A program made the translations under genes and the position numbers. Under the pieces are notes generated by a model, which did not search any database, was not told the DNA's origin, and saw only the letters and a list, made by a program, of their open reading frames with translations. A stretch of 50,792 bases of DNA from Minisyncoccota bacterium (GTDB lineage: Bacteria; Patescibacteriota; Minisyncoccia; Phycocordibacterales; GWA1-40-21), in NCBI GenBank assembly GCA_041664585.1, contig JBAYKL010000001.1, positions 70,592 to 121,383 on the forward strand, in the 5' to 3' direction. Every line of letters begins with the position of its first letter. Position 1 is the first letter of the stretch. Below are positions 1 through 8,464 of this stretch, piece after piece.

Positions 1-508
1 TAGCTAGTTCTCTTGTAGGAACAATAATCAAAACTTGTTCTTGTCTGTTTAACAAAACTTTGTTTATAAGAGGAATAAGAAAAGCTGCTGTTTTACCAGT
101 ACCAGTATTTGCTACTCCTACAATATCATTACCCATAAGTATTTGTGGGATTGTTCTATCCTGAATCGGAGTTGGCAAAAGATATCCTTTTACTCTTATA
201 GATTCTTTCAAAGCGTCGACAATCTTAAAATCTTGAAAAGTGTGTTCAGGTTTAAATACTGCGACTTCTTCTGTCATTTGAACTTTATTTATAAATTTAG
301 AAAAATTTATTTTTTCAGTTTTTTGTCTGCTACCTCCACCACGTGATCCTCCACGGAATCCACCTCTACTTGGTCCTCCTCTGAATCCTCCGTTTGAGGC
401 GCCACGAAAACCACCACCGCTTCTGCGAGGACCACTACCAAATCCGCTAGATTGCGGAGCTCTAGATGGACCGCTTTTACGAGGTCCGTTAAAACTTCTT
501 TTTATCAT
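1..508 (-). CDS. DEAD-box ATP-dependent RNA helicase, N-terminal part (rest of gene lies beyond the window start)
   Basis: Absent from the ORF track because it runs off the edge. Hand translation from ATG (comp. 506-508) gives MIKRSFNGPRKSG..GGFRGG..TFQDFKIVDAL..LPTPIQDRTIP..GVANTGTGKTAAFLIPLI..VLIIVPTRELA. This covers the Q-motif, motif I and motif Ia of the DEAD-box family. Confidence 0.85.
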   Translation of the reverse strand, partial: MIKRSFNGPRKSGPSRAPQSSGFGSGPRRSGGGFRGASNGGFRGGPSRGGFRGGSRGGGSRQKTEKINFSKFINKVQMTEEVAVFKPEHTFQDFKIVDALKESIRVKGYLLPTPIQDRTIPQILMGNDIVGVANTGTGKTAAFLIPLINKVLLNRQEQVLIIVPTRELA

Positions 509-748
509 CTTTTTAATAGCGTAAAAATACGCTTTTGTCCGCTACGTCTGAATATACAGAACTGCCTATCGAAGGCTTAAGCGGAAATTAGTACGAATTA
601 TTTAATTAAATCACTACTGGTGTAGTGAATAAATAATTCCCCGCCTTTCTACATAGCCATTCATTCGAACAATTCGTTGGTTCGTATGTTTACCTAGAGA
701 CTCATTTACCTACACAGAATAGCTTATTTTTGATTATTTGTCAACAGC

Positions 749-2545
749 TTAACAAGTAAAGTCTTTTTCTTGTTGTTTATATAGACAGGCGTAAGCACCA
801 TTCAATTTCATTAATTCTGTGTGTGTTCCCTCTTCTAATATTTTCCCATGTTCCATTAATATAATTCTATCTGCTGATTTTATTGTGCCAAAATTATGAG
901 AAATAAACATAGCTGATTTTTCCTTTGCCATATTTCTAAGATTTTCAAAAATTATAGATGCTGAATGAGCGTCAACCGAGGCTGTCGGTTCATCTAAAAT
1001 AGTAAAGTTTGAATTTCGATATAGAACCCTTGCGAGAGCCATTTTTTGTCTTTCTCCTTTTGAAAGTTCTTCTCCACCAAATTCTACACCAATTACTGAA
1101 TCATATTTTTCTTTCCATCTTTCAATAAAATCACTCGCTGTGCTTAGCTCTGCTGATTTTTTAACCAAATCAATATCTAATGGTCTATTTATATTTCCCG
1201 AAGCAATGGTTTCTTTTGTTTTAAAACATAATGTTGAGAAATCCTGTGGTAAAACAGCAATTTTCTCCCACCATTCTTTATAATCTAGTTCTTTTAAATT
1301 AATTCCATTTATTAATATTTCTCCCTCACTCGGATCGTGGATTCTAAGTAGTAATCTCACAATGGTAGTTTTTCCAGCTCCGTTATGTCCAACCAAACCT
1401 ATTTTTTCTCCCGGCGCTATTTTAAAAGAAATATTTTCTAATATGTAGTTATCTTTTCCAGGGTATTTAAAATATATATTTTTAAACTCTATTTCAGGTG
1501 TTCTATTTGCTATCTCTTTAGGGTTTTTTGTATTTATAATTACCGGCCTAACATTTATTACTTCCAAGATGCCACTAACATATAGATTTCTCTCTACTCC
1601 TCTAGCGATATTAATTAACAAATTCGATATAGCACTTTCTAAATTTCCAACGATAGTAAAAAGAAAAACAATAGTACCAACACTTATTGAACCTATGGCT
1701 GATCCTTTGATTGCAAGAAAAATAGAAAAAGTAATACCAAGAGCAGAAATTAATTCAGCAAGAATACGAAGCGTTGTGGTTTTTTTCTCCTCCATTGTCT
1801 GCCTGTTAACAAATTTCGTTAATATATCTTTAATTTTTATTAGAAAATCATTTTGAATACCTAAAAGTTTCGCCTCTATTAAAGGGTATTTTGCAGTGAA
1901 GAATTGTCTTAGGTATTGGTGCTCTCTTTGTTCTCTACTACTTTCTTGAAAAATATTCCAGATTCTTTTACCATATTTTGATTCTATTAAAAAAGATGGT
2001 GTAGAAAAAAATAAAATTATAATTAATATTCTCCAATCTATAAGCAAAATAGCTGTGGAAGAAGCTAATATTAAAAATATGTTCTTAATATTTTGAATAC
2101 CCACATCGAGTAAGTTCATAATCGGAAAAGTACCATTATTAAAAGCAGCCATGATTTTGTCTTGAAATGCAGAGTTCTCTACGTGGGCGATATCAAACTC
2201 TGCTCTTTTTCCAAGTACATAAATATCTATAAAATTTTGAAACTTTAAAAACCAAAATCTAAAAGATACGTTCCTGATTGTATCGATCAGTGAAGGAACT
2301 GTCCTTACTATTACATAGACAACTAATGCTACCCACATAGCTGATTCATTTTTTGTTTGAATCGCATTTACTATTTCATCTATTAATTTTCCAAAATATT
2401 TTGAAACAACAATAGGTAAAATACCACCAAAAATAGTTGTGGTTAAAAGCATTGAAAAAACAAAGGGACTATTTTTAAAAGATAGTCCGCAGAAATACCA
2501 GAAGTTTTTAATAGAACTCCAAACACCCGTTTTTTTATTTTGCAT
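749..2545 (-). CDS. ABC exporter, fused permease/ATPase (MsbA-like type I exporter)
   Basis: 598-aa ORF with an N-terminal multi-TM domain followed by an NBD. Walker A GHNGAGKTT, signature LSKGERQ, Walker B FTILDEPT. ATG at comp. 2543-2545. Confidence 0.85.
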   Translation of the reverse strand: MQNKKTGVWSSIKNFWYFCGLSFKNSPFVFSMLLTTTIFGGILPIVVSKYFGKLIDEIVNAIQTKNESAMWVALVVYVIVRTVPSLIDTIRNVSFRFWFLKFQNFIDIYVLGKRAEFDIAHVENSAFQDKIMAAFNNGTFPIMNLLDVGIQNIKNIFLILASSTAILLIDWRILIIILFFSTPSFLIESKYGKRIWNIFQESSREQREHQYLRQFFTAKYPLIEAKLLGIQNDFLIKIKDILTKFVNRQTMEEKKTTTLRILAELISALGITFSIFLAIKGSAIGSISVGTIVFLFTIVGNLESAISNLLINIARGVERNLYVSGILEVINVRPVIINTKNPKEIANRTPEIEFKNIYFKYPGKDNYILENISFKIAPGEKIGLVGHNGAGKTTIVRLLLRIHDPSEGEILINGINLKELDYKEWWEKIAVLPQDFSTLCFKTKETIASGNINRPLDIDLVKKSAELSTASDFIERWKEKYDSVIGVEFGGEELSKGERQKMALARVLYRNSNFTILDEPTASVDAHSASIIFENLRNMAKEKSAMFISHNFGTIKSADRIILMEHGKILEEGTHTELMKLNGAYACLYKQQEKDFTC

Positions 2546-2585
2546 TTTTTATTTATTACAAAAAGCCCCTATACTAAATACCAAC

Positions 2586-3578
2586 TTAGTAAATCTTCAC
2601 CCCTACCAATTTTCTTACTTCTTCCATTTTCTTTTCGGCCCTCATAGAAGCTCTTTTACCGCCCTCCTTTAGAATATCAAATACAGTATCTAAATCATTA
2701 GCTAGCATAGCTCTTTTCTCTCTAAGTGGCTTTATAAAGGCCTCTAAGGCCGCTATAAGGCCCTCCTTAGCTTCTTTATAGCCCATTCCGCCCTTTGTAT
2801 ATCTTTCTGCCAAAGCATGCTTTTCAGCCTCATTTAAGAACAATTTATGAATTGCAAAAATATTTGATTCTTCTGGATTCTTTGGTTCATCTACACCTTT
2901 AGAATCTGTAGGGATACTCATTACAGCTTTTTTGATTTCTTCATAAGTAGCAAAAAGTGGAATCACATTACCATAGCTTTTGCTCATTTTTCTCCCATCA
3001 GTACCTGGTACTGTTTCTACATGAGGAAGGATAAGATGATCTGGTAGTTTAAATACTTCTTCTCCTTTTCCAAATACTCTGTTGAATTTTTCAGCAGTAT
3101 CCCTAGCATATTCCACATGTTGTTTTTGATCTTGCCCTACTGGTACCAAATCTGCATCCTGTATCAAAATATCTGAAGCCATGAGTAAGGGATAATCAAA
3201 AAGACCAACATTGATTTCTTTGTTTTTTGCTTCTGCGTCTTTATATGCATGTGCACGCATGAGATACGGCATTGTAGTAAGACAATTAAAAATCCAAGTG
3301 AGTTCGTGTACTTGGGGTACATCAGACTGTTTAAAAAGCACCACCTTCTTTGGATCAAGACCGATAGCGAGGTAATCGAGAGCGACGTCTATAATACCTT
3401 TCTCCATCTCTTCTTTATTCTGCACTGTAGTCATCGCATGATAGTCAGCAATAAAAATATGATTTTCATATTCATCTTGTAGGTCTACAAATTGCTTAAT
3501 CGCACCAAAATAATTACCAATGTGCACTTGGCCCGTTGGTTTTACTCCAGACAATAATATTTTCTTGTTGTTTGACAT
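2586..3578 (-). CDS. trpS: tryptophanyl-tRNA synthetase
   Basis: Class I aaRS motifs HIGNY (HIGH) and KMSKS, with TrpRS-like length and layout. The track start at 3584 is GTG; I used the first ATG at comp. 3576-3578. Confidence 0.9.
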   Translation of the reverse strand: MSNNKKILLSGVKPTGQVHIGNYFGAIKQFVDLQDEYENHIFIADYHAMTTVQNKEEMEKGIIDVALDYLAIGLDPKKVVLFKQSDVPQVHELTWIFNCLTTMPYLMRAHAYKDAEAKNKEINVGLFDYPLLMASDILIQDADLVPVGQDQKQHVEYARDTAEKFNRVFGKGEEVFKLPDHLILPHVETVPGTDGRKMSKSYGNVIPLFATYEEIKKAVMSIPTDSKGVDEPKNPEESNIFAIHKLFLNEAEKHALAERYTKGGMGYKEAKEGLIAALEAFIKPLREKRAMLANDLDTVFDILKEGGKRASMRAEKKMEEVRKLVGVKIY

Positions 3579-3617
3579 TTGCACTATAATACCAAAATAG
3601 CAGGTTTTATGGAAGGG

Positions 3618-4082
3618 TTACCTTTTATTAATCCTAGCTCCTGTTTCATAAACTTGCCAATTAGAATTTTCTTTAACTACAATCCAGTCAACTGGCTCAT
3701 CCCACACTTCTTTTTTAAGTTTAGATAAGGAAAATTTAGAGTTATCAATAACACCGATCCTCACCCAATCACTGGGTATTTTTTCTAAAAAACGATCATA
3801 CCACCCCCTGCCGTGTCCATGTCGTGTGCCGTAAATATCAAACTTTTTACCAGGAATTAAAATGTAGGCCATTTCCTCCTGACACTGTTTCCTGCAACTA
3901 GCTGCCCAGATATATGGATCGCTATCCTTATCTTTTGGTAAAATGATAGTCTTTTGGAGACTATCATTTTTAAACGGTATAGTCGCACAGTCTATTTCAC
4001 ATAACAAAGGGCTGTAAATGATGGAAATATCACAATAACCAATAACTTCATTAATTTTTTTGAATATCTCGTTATTATCCAT
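3618..4082 (-). CDS. 5-formyltetrahydrofolate cyclo-ligase family protein (short)
   Basis: ILIPGKKFDIYGTRHGHGRGWYDRFL matches the conserved PG-x-aFD..G.R.G.G.GyYDRfL block of the family. At 154 aa it is shorter than typical members. Confidence 0.65.
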   Translation of the reverse strand: MDNNEIFKKINEVIGYCDISIIYSPLLCEIDCATIPFKNDSLQKTIILPKDKDSDPYIWAASCRKQCQEEMAYILIPGKKFDIYGTRHGHGRGWYDRFLEKIPSDWVRIGVIDNSKFSLSKLKKEVWDEPVDWIVVKENSNWQVYETGARINKR

Positions 4083-4211
4083 AGTGTAAATTATATGAAA
4101 AGTCTGTTTTTTCTTGTCATCTTGACAAGGTATTATATCAGAGTATTCTAAGAACTAGAATATTTGACATTCGTCAGATTTGTTCATAACCTAAAGCAAA
4201 GGAGGAAAAAA

Positions 4212-5216
4212 ATGAAAAAGAAAACAGTAACGCCTCTTTTGGGGCAAGTATTACAGAAAATTGCTCATAAAATAGGGGCCACTGTGGTGATGGAACCTGA
4301 GTGGAATATCGTTGGTCAGATCATTTTTAAGAGTGGTCGCAAGCGATATTTCAGATACTCTAGTCTGGATATTAACAGGCTTGGTTCTTCAGATATCGCC
4401 AAAGATAAAGGTTTTTCTACCTTCTTTATGAAAAGTATGGGATACAAAGTTATCCCTGGTAAGACTTTTTATTCTGCTGACTGGGCCAAGGCTATTCACT
4501 CACGTGAAAATATCGATGCTGGATATCTATTTGCTCAAAAGTTGGGCTTTCCAGTTATCGTAAAGCCAAACAGTGGCAGTCAGGGTACGGGGGTAGCTTT
4601 GGTTTATAACAAAAGCCAGTTCTATCGAGCCATGAGGTTTATCTTCAAGCGAGATCGAGTAGCTTTGGTCCAAAAGCTGGTTCAGGGTCGGGACTACCGA
4701 GTGGTGGTTCTTGATAATGACGTGATCTCAGCTTATGAGCGTATTCCTTTGAATGTTGTTGCTGACGGAGTGTCCACAATAAATCGTCTGCTTCAGAAAA
4801 AGCAAAAGCAGTTTGTGGCTTCCAGTCGGGATACAAAAATCAAGATGGATGATGCTCGTATTTCTGAAAAACTAGCTCGTCAAGGACTCAGTCTGCTGTC
4901 TGTGCCAAAGAAAGGAGAGCGTATCTATTTACTAGACAATGCAAATCTTTCTACAGGTGGTGATTCAGTAGATGTAACAAAAAAAATCCATCCGGAATTT
5001 CGCAAGCTGGCTATCAAGCTGACCAAAGATATGGGCCTTCGCCTATGTGGTGTTGACCTTATGGTTAGTGGAGATATCACCAGCAAGCCAGAGACCTACT
5101 GGATTTTGGAGATTAATGCCGCTCCTGGATTGGATCATTACGCACAGATGGGACGGGCTCAAGAAAAAGTTGTCGAAGCCTTATATCTCAAAGTCCTAAA
5201 AAGTATGGAAAAATAA
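4212..5216 (+). CDS. stand-alone ATP-grasp ligase, cyanophycin-synthetase / GshF-type module
   Basis: NLSTGGDSVDVTKKIHPEF and VVADGVSTINRLL blocks are typical of the CphA N-terminal ATP-grasp. GGAGG (4201-4205) lies 6 nt before ATG 4212; the track start 4164 is TTG. G+C is clearly above the flanking genes. Confidence 0.7.
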   Translation: MKKKTVTPLLGQVLQKIAHKIGATVVMEPEWNIVGQIIFKSGRKRYFRYSSLDINRLGSSDIAKDKGFSTFFMKSMGYKVIPGKTFYSADWAKAIHSRENIDAGYLFAQKLGFPVIVKPNSGSQGTGVALVYNKSQFYRAMRFIFKRDRVALVQKLVQGRDYRVVVLDNDVISAYERIPLNVVADGVSTINRLLQKKQKQFVASSRDTKIKMDDARISEKLARQGLSLLSVPKKGERIYLLDNANLSTGGDSVDVTKKIHPEFRKLAIKLTKDMGLRLCGVDLMVSGDITSKPETYWILEINAAPGLDHYAQMGRAQEKVVEALYLKVLKSMEK

Positions 5217-5232
5217 GACACGAGTAACGGAT

Positions 5233-5267
5233 AGTGCTGAAGTATACCTTCAGCACTATTTTTTATT
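5233..5267. terminator. Rho-independent terminator between convergent genes
   Basis: Stem agtgctgaag (5233-5242) pairs with cttcagcact (5248-5257), followed by a T-run (5259-5264). It overlaps the stop codon of the minus-strand gene. Confidence 0.6.
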
Positions 5268-5975
5268 ACCTTTAGTTTTAATGTCTTTGTATATATAAGA
5301 GTAAATATCATCTTCTGGTAAGATATCCAATTTTATGCTTTTTTTATTAATATTATTTCTTGCAATAAATTTTATTGGAGCATTCTTAATGACAGCCAGT
5401 GGTATCTGCTCAGCTCCCTCACCCATATTCATAACAGCAGCTGCAGACAATGCATCGGCTATGTTACTTTTTGTAAAACGACTTTTCTTACCAAATAAAT
5501 CTTTTTTGCCGATATAATTTTTAAAAGGTTCAAAACCGGCAAAACCTACTGCTCGGCCAACAGTTCCCATTCGAAGAGGAAGACTTTTCGTGTCAGTTAT
5601 TAATATCCCAATATTTTTTAATTTAAAATGCTTGCTAATTTTATTTCTCAATAGCTCAGCTGTCTTAAAAATATTATTTGGTAATAAAATAATTTTATGA
5701 TCAGCGTTTGATTCGTCGACTCCAGCATTAATGCACCAGCCACCATTGGTTAATGTTAATAGGGCCCATGGGGTTTTTATTATTTTTTGGGAATTTTTAA
5801 TAATTACTTCCTCTTTGTTTTTTATATTTTCAGTCCTACCTTGAGAGAGAGCAACTACCTTTGATGTTATAACAATAATATAACCTTCTTCTACAACAGG
5901 AATATTATCAATAATAAATTGAAATAAATTTTCATTTTCTTTAAATAATCTTGTTTTAATTGAAATTATTTCCAT
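5256..5975 (-). CDS. CofE/FbiB-like gamma-glutamyl ligase family protein
   Basis: VITSKVVALSQGR and ITDTKSLPLRMGTVGRAVGFAGF...NIADALSAAAVMNMGEGAEQIPLAVIKN resemble the conserved blocks of F420-0:gamma-glutamyl ligase. Confidence 0.55.
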   Translation of the reverse strand: MEIISIKTRLFKENENLFQFIIDNIPVVEEGYIIVITSKVVALSQGRTENIKNKEEVIIKNSQKIIKTPWALLTLTNGGWCINAGVDESNADHKIILLPNNIFKTAELLRNKISKHFKLKNIGILITDTKSLPLRMGTVGRAVGFAGFEPFKNYIGKKDLFGKKSRFTKSNIADALSAAAVMNMGEGAEQIPLAVIKNAPIKFIARNNINKKSIKLDILPEDDIYSYIYKDIKTKGNKK

Positions 5976-6020
5976 TTATTACATGTTATAAGGATATCTT
6001 TACCAAACTCAAGGACTCAA

Positions 6021-6521
6021 CTACCCCTCCATCTCTTTAAGCAACACTAGGGCCCTCTCCATTATCCAATCACCTATCTCTCCCCAATCAAAATATTGTT
6101 TATAATCTTTTGGATCAATTAATTTAATTTCAGTGATATCTCCGTCTGGATCTTTCACAAATGGTCCGTACGGTTTGACTATACAAACTGATCTTGTTTG
6201 AATCATTTTGCCTTGTGGTTCTTCAACTTCAATAAAGCCGATAAACTTATGCTTCAGAACCTCCATATTTGTTTCTTCCTTTACTTCCCTTATTACAGCT
6301 CCTTCCGCATTTTCTCCCAATTCTGCATGCCCGCCAGGAGGAGTCCATCTATTTTTCTCAGGATCAAATACCAAGACTAATTTACTATCACAAAAACAAA
6401 AAGCATGAACACAATGCAATTTTATGTCACCAAGCTCTTCTATACTATCTATATCTCTATAAGTATATGGCACATCACCACAACTCCTCATCTTCATTAT
6501 TGAGTGTATTACTTTTTTCAT
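6021..6521 (-). CDS. NUDIX hydrolase
   Basis: Nudix box GGHAELGENAEGAVIREVKEETNMEV (GX5EX7REUXEEXGU). Confidence 0.8.
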   Translation of the reverse strand: MKKVIHSIMKMRSCGDVPYTYRDIDSIEELGDIKLHCVHAFCFCDSKLVLVFDPEKNRWTPPGGHAELGENAEGAVIREVKEETNMEVLKHKFIGFIEVEEPQGKMIQTRSVCIVKPYGPFVKDPDGDITEIKLIDPKDYKQYFDWGEIGDWIMERALVLLKEMEG

Positions 6522-6645
6522 ATTAGAAGTTATTATAAGTATTTTTGTTTCTTTTGTCTATTTTAAGTATCTCTATATTTTTCTAAAGTTATAATTATTT
6601 TTATTTCTTCTATCCACATAAGTTTAGCAAGAAATCTTTTTATTA

Positions 6646-6654
6646 TGATATAAT
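6646..6654 (+). promoter_or_regulatory. extended -10 element (TGATATAAT), hexamer ends 6 nt before ATG 6661; possible leaderless start
   Basis: tgatataat at 6646-6654. There is no SD between it and the ATG. Confidence 0.35.
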
Positions 6655-6660
6655 TTTTAA

Positions 6661-7359
6661 ATGCAAATAAAAACTAAAAAGTTAATTTTAGTTGACAAAA
6701 AATATGAGGCTGAAAATATTGTTTCTTTAATTTTTAAAACCAGCAACAAAGATCCATATATTTATCTCGCTGGTCAATATGTAAGTGTTTATCTTTTTGG
6801 ACTTACCTATCCAAAATCGTATACTATCTCTAGTTCTCCTAAAGAAAAACTTGTCACACTTACTATAAAGAAGATTGGTAATTTTTCAACAGCTCTTTAT
6901 TATTTAAATATTGGTGATTCTATAAAAGTAGAGGGTCCCTATGGGGATTTTTATCCAAAGATTGAGGATAATTGTGTTTTCTTAGCCTCTGGTATTGGAG
7001 TAACGCCTTTCATTAGTATTATTAAAGACAGGTTAGAGAAAACTGGTGCTGAGCGTACATCTTTATTTTATAGCAATAAGACATTTCTAGATATAGCTTT
7101 TTTCGATTTGTTAAACAAAATTAAATCAGATGGAGGATTATCGACATTAGTATATTTTTTAACCCAACAAGAAAAAACAAACCCTTTAGTTAAAGAATAT
7201 AACAGAATGAATACTGGTCTTATAAAAAAATACATAAAATCATTTAAGAATAAAAGTTTTTATATATGCGGTTCAATATCTTTCGTAAATGATATGTTGA
7301 AGAACCTCAAAGAAAGTGGCGTACCTGAAAATTTTATTTTTACGGAATCTTTTTATTAA
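6661..7359 (+). CDS. ferredoxin/flavodoxin-NAD(P)+ reductase-like oxidoreductase (FAD/NAD-binding)
   Basis: Putative FAD-binding KSYTISS (RxYS-like) motif, then GPYGDF, then the NAD(P) motif LASGIGVTPFISI. Confidence 0.7.
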   Translation: MQIKTKKLILVDKKYEAENIVSLIFKTSNKDPYIYLAGQYVSVYLFGLTYPKSYTISSSPKEKLVTLTIKKIGNFSTALYYLNIGDSIKVEGPYGDFYPKIEDNCVFLASGIGVTPFISIIKDRLEKTGAERTSLFYSNKTFLDIAFFDLLNKIKSDGGLSTLVYFLTQQEKTNPLVKEYNRMNTGLIKKYIKSFKNKSFYICGSISFVNDMLKNLKESGVPENFIFTESFY

Positions 7360-7366
7360 AAATTTG

Positions 7367-8464
7367 ATGAAAGATTTTTCTATAATAATATTATCTTATA
7401 AAAGTGTTGAGGTTATCAAAAAGAATATTGATAGTATTTTATCTCAGAAAATGCCAAGTCAAAATTATGAATTGATTCTAGTAGATGATGGCAGTCGTGA
7501 TGGTACAGATAAAGTTTTGCAATTAATTGCATCAACAAATAATAATATCCGTGTATTTGCTTTAAAAAAAAGACATGGAAATGGTTACTGTAAAAATCTT
7601 GCAATTAAAATGAGTGAAGGTAAAATTTTGTTCTTCCTAGACGATCATTTATTTTTGCCAAATAAAAATAGCATACTAATGATGTATGACGCACTAGCTA
7701 AAGATAAAAGTCTCGTTGGTGTTTGTGGTAATTACATTTCAGAAAATGAAAGTGACTATAATCTTTGTAGAGATATTAGACGGTTTATGATTTATGGAAA
7801 AAATAGTCAAGATTTATATTTAAATCCAAATAAGTTTATTCCATTCTCGATAGTGATTAGTGCTATTCGGAAGGATCATTTAAACAAGTCTAGAACTTTT
7901 CCAGAAGAATTTACTCCAAATGCATCTGAGGATATTTGTTTTCAGATAAATCAGCACAAAAAAATGAAAAGTTTTTTATATCTTTCGAGTGTTTTTGGGT
8001 ATCATTCACACAATGCTAATTTTTTTGATGCTGTTATAAAAATAAAAAGGGAGCTGGTTGGTTATATTCTTATTCTCAAAAAATTTTCAAATGATGTGCA
8101 TTTTAACAACTGGTATTTGCCTTCATTTTTTAGTTTTCCACTTCTTTTTTATTTTACATTAACTATTGTTTTTCTTAATAAATATCTTTGGCCGGTGTTG
8201 TTTCTAACCATACTACTTGAGATTTTGTTGTTATACCCTATTGCTTACTATAAAATTAGTTTAAAGGTTAAAATTAAAGTCTTTACATATTGTCTATTGA
8301 ATGAAGCATTGAAATTACCTGCTGTACTGTATATAATAACTAGACATCCTAGTTGTATGTTTTCCATACTGAGACAATTATTTTTTTGGGAAATTAAAAA
8401 AATAAAATATATTTATGAAAATAGATTTAAAAAACCCTGGGCATATAAAATTACTTCTTCTTAG
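7367..8464 (+). CDS. family 2 glycosyltransferase with C-terminal multi-TM region
   Basis: FSIIILSYKS...ELILVDDGSRDGT and FLDDH (DXD-like) match the GT-A fold. The C-terminal third is hydrophobic. First ATG at 7367; the track start 7316 overlaps the upstream gene. Confidence 0.8.
   Translation: MKDFSIIILSYKSVEVIKKNIDSILSQKMPSQNYELILVDDGSRDGTDKVLQLIASTNNNIRVFALKKRHGNGYCKNLAIKMSEGKILFFLDDHLFLPNKNSILMMYDALAKDKSLVGVCGNYISENESDYNLCRDIRRFMIYGKNSQDLYLNPNKFIPFSIVISAIRKDHLNKSRTFPEEFTPNASEDICFQINQHKKMKSFLYLSSVFGYHSHNANFFDAVIKIKRELVGYILILKKFSNDVHFNNWYLPSFFSFPLLFYFTLTIVFLNKYLWPVLFLTILLEILLLYPIAYYKISLKVKIKVFTYCLLNEALKLPAVLYIITRHPSCMFSILRQLFFWEIKKIKYIYENRFKKPWAYKITSS

Noticed and set aside
143-346. 67-aa plus-strand ORF from the ORF track
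   Set aside because: It lies entirely antisense to the DEAD-box helicase reading frame, which has clear Q-motif, motif I and motif Ia. It has no SD and low-complexity content typical of a shadow ORF.
509-748. tRNA or other known small RNA gene in the long gap upstream of the helicase
   Set aside because: GTTCGAAT-like strings are present, but the flanking bases cannot form a T-arm or a cloverleaf on either strand. No SRP/4.5S-type conserved motif was seen. It is retained only as a low-interest structured leader.
4164-4211. N-terminal extensions from ORF-track starts that are TTG/GTG codons. The cases are 4164, 3584, 18423, 18577, 20939, 21102, 36359, 43177 and 47200.
   Set aside because: In each case a downstream in-frame ATG has a better SD or matches the conserved N-terminus of the family. 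The extensions add non-conserved residues or overlap upstream genes.
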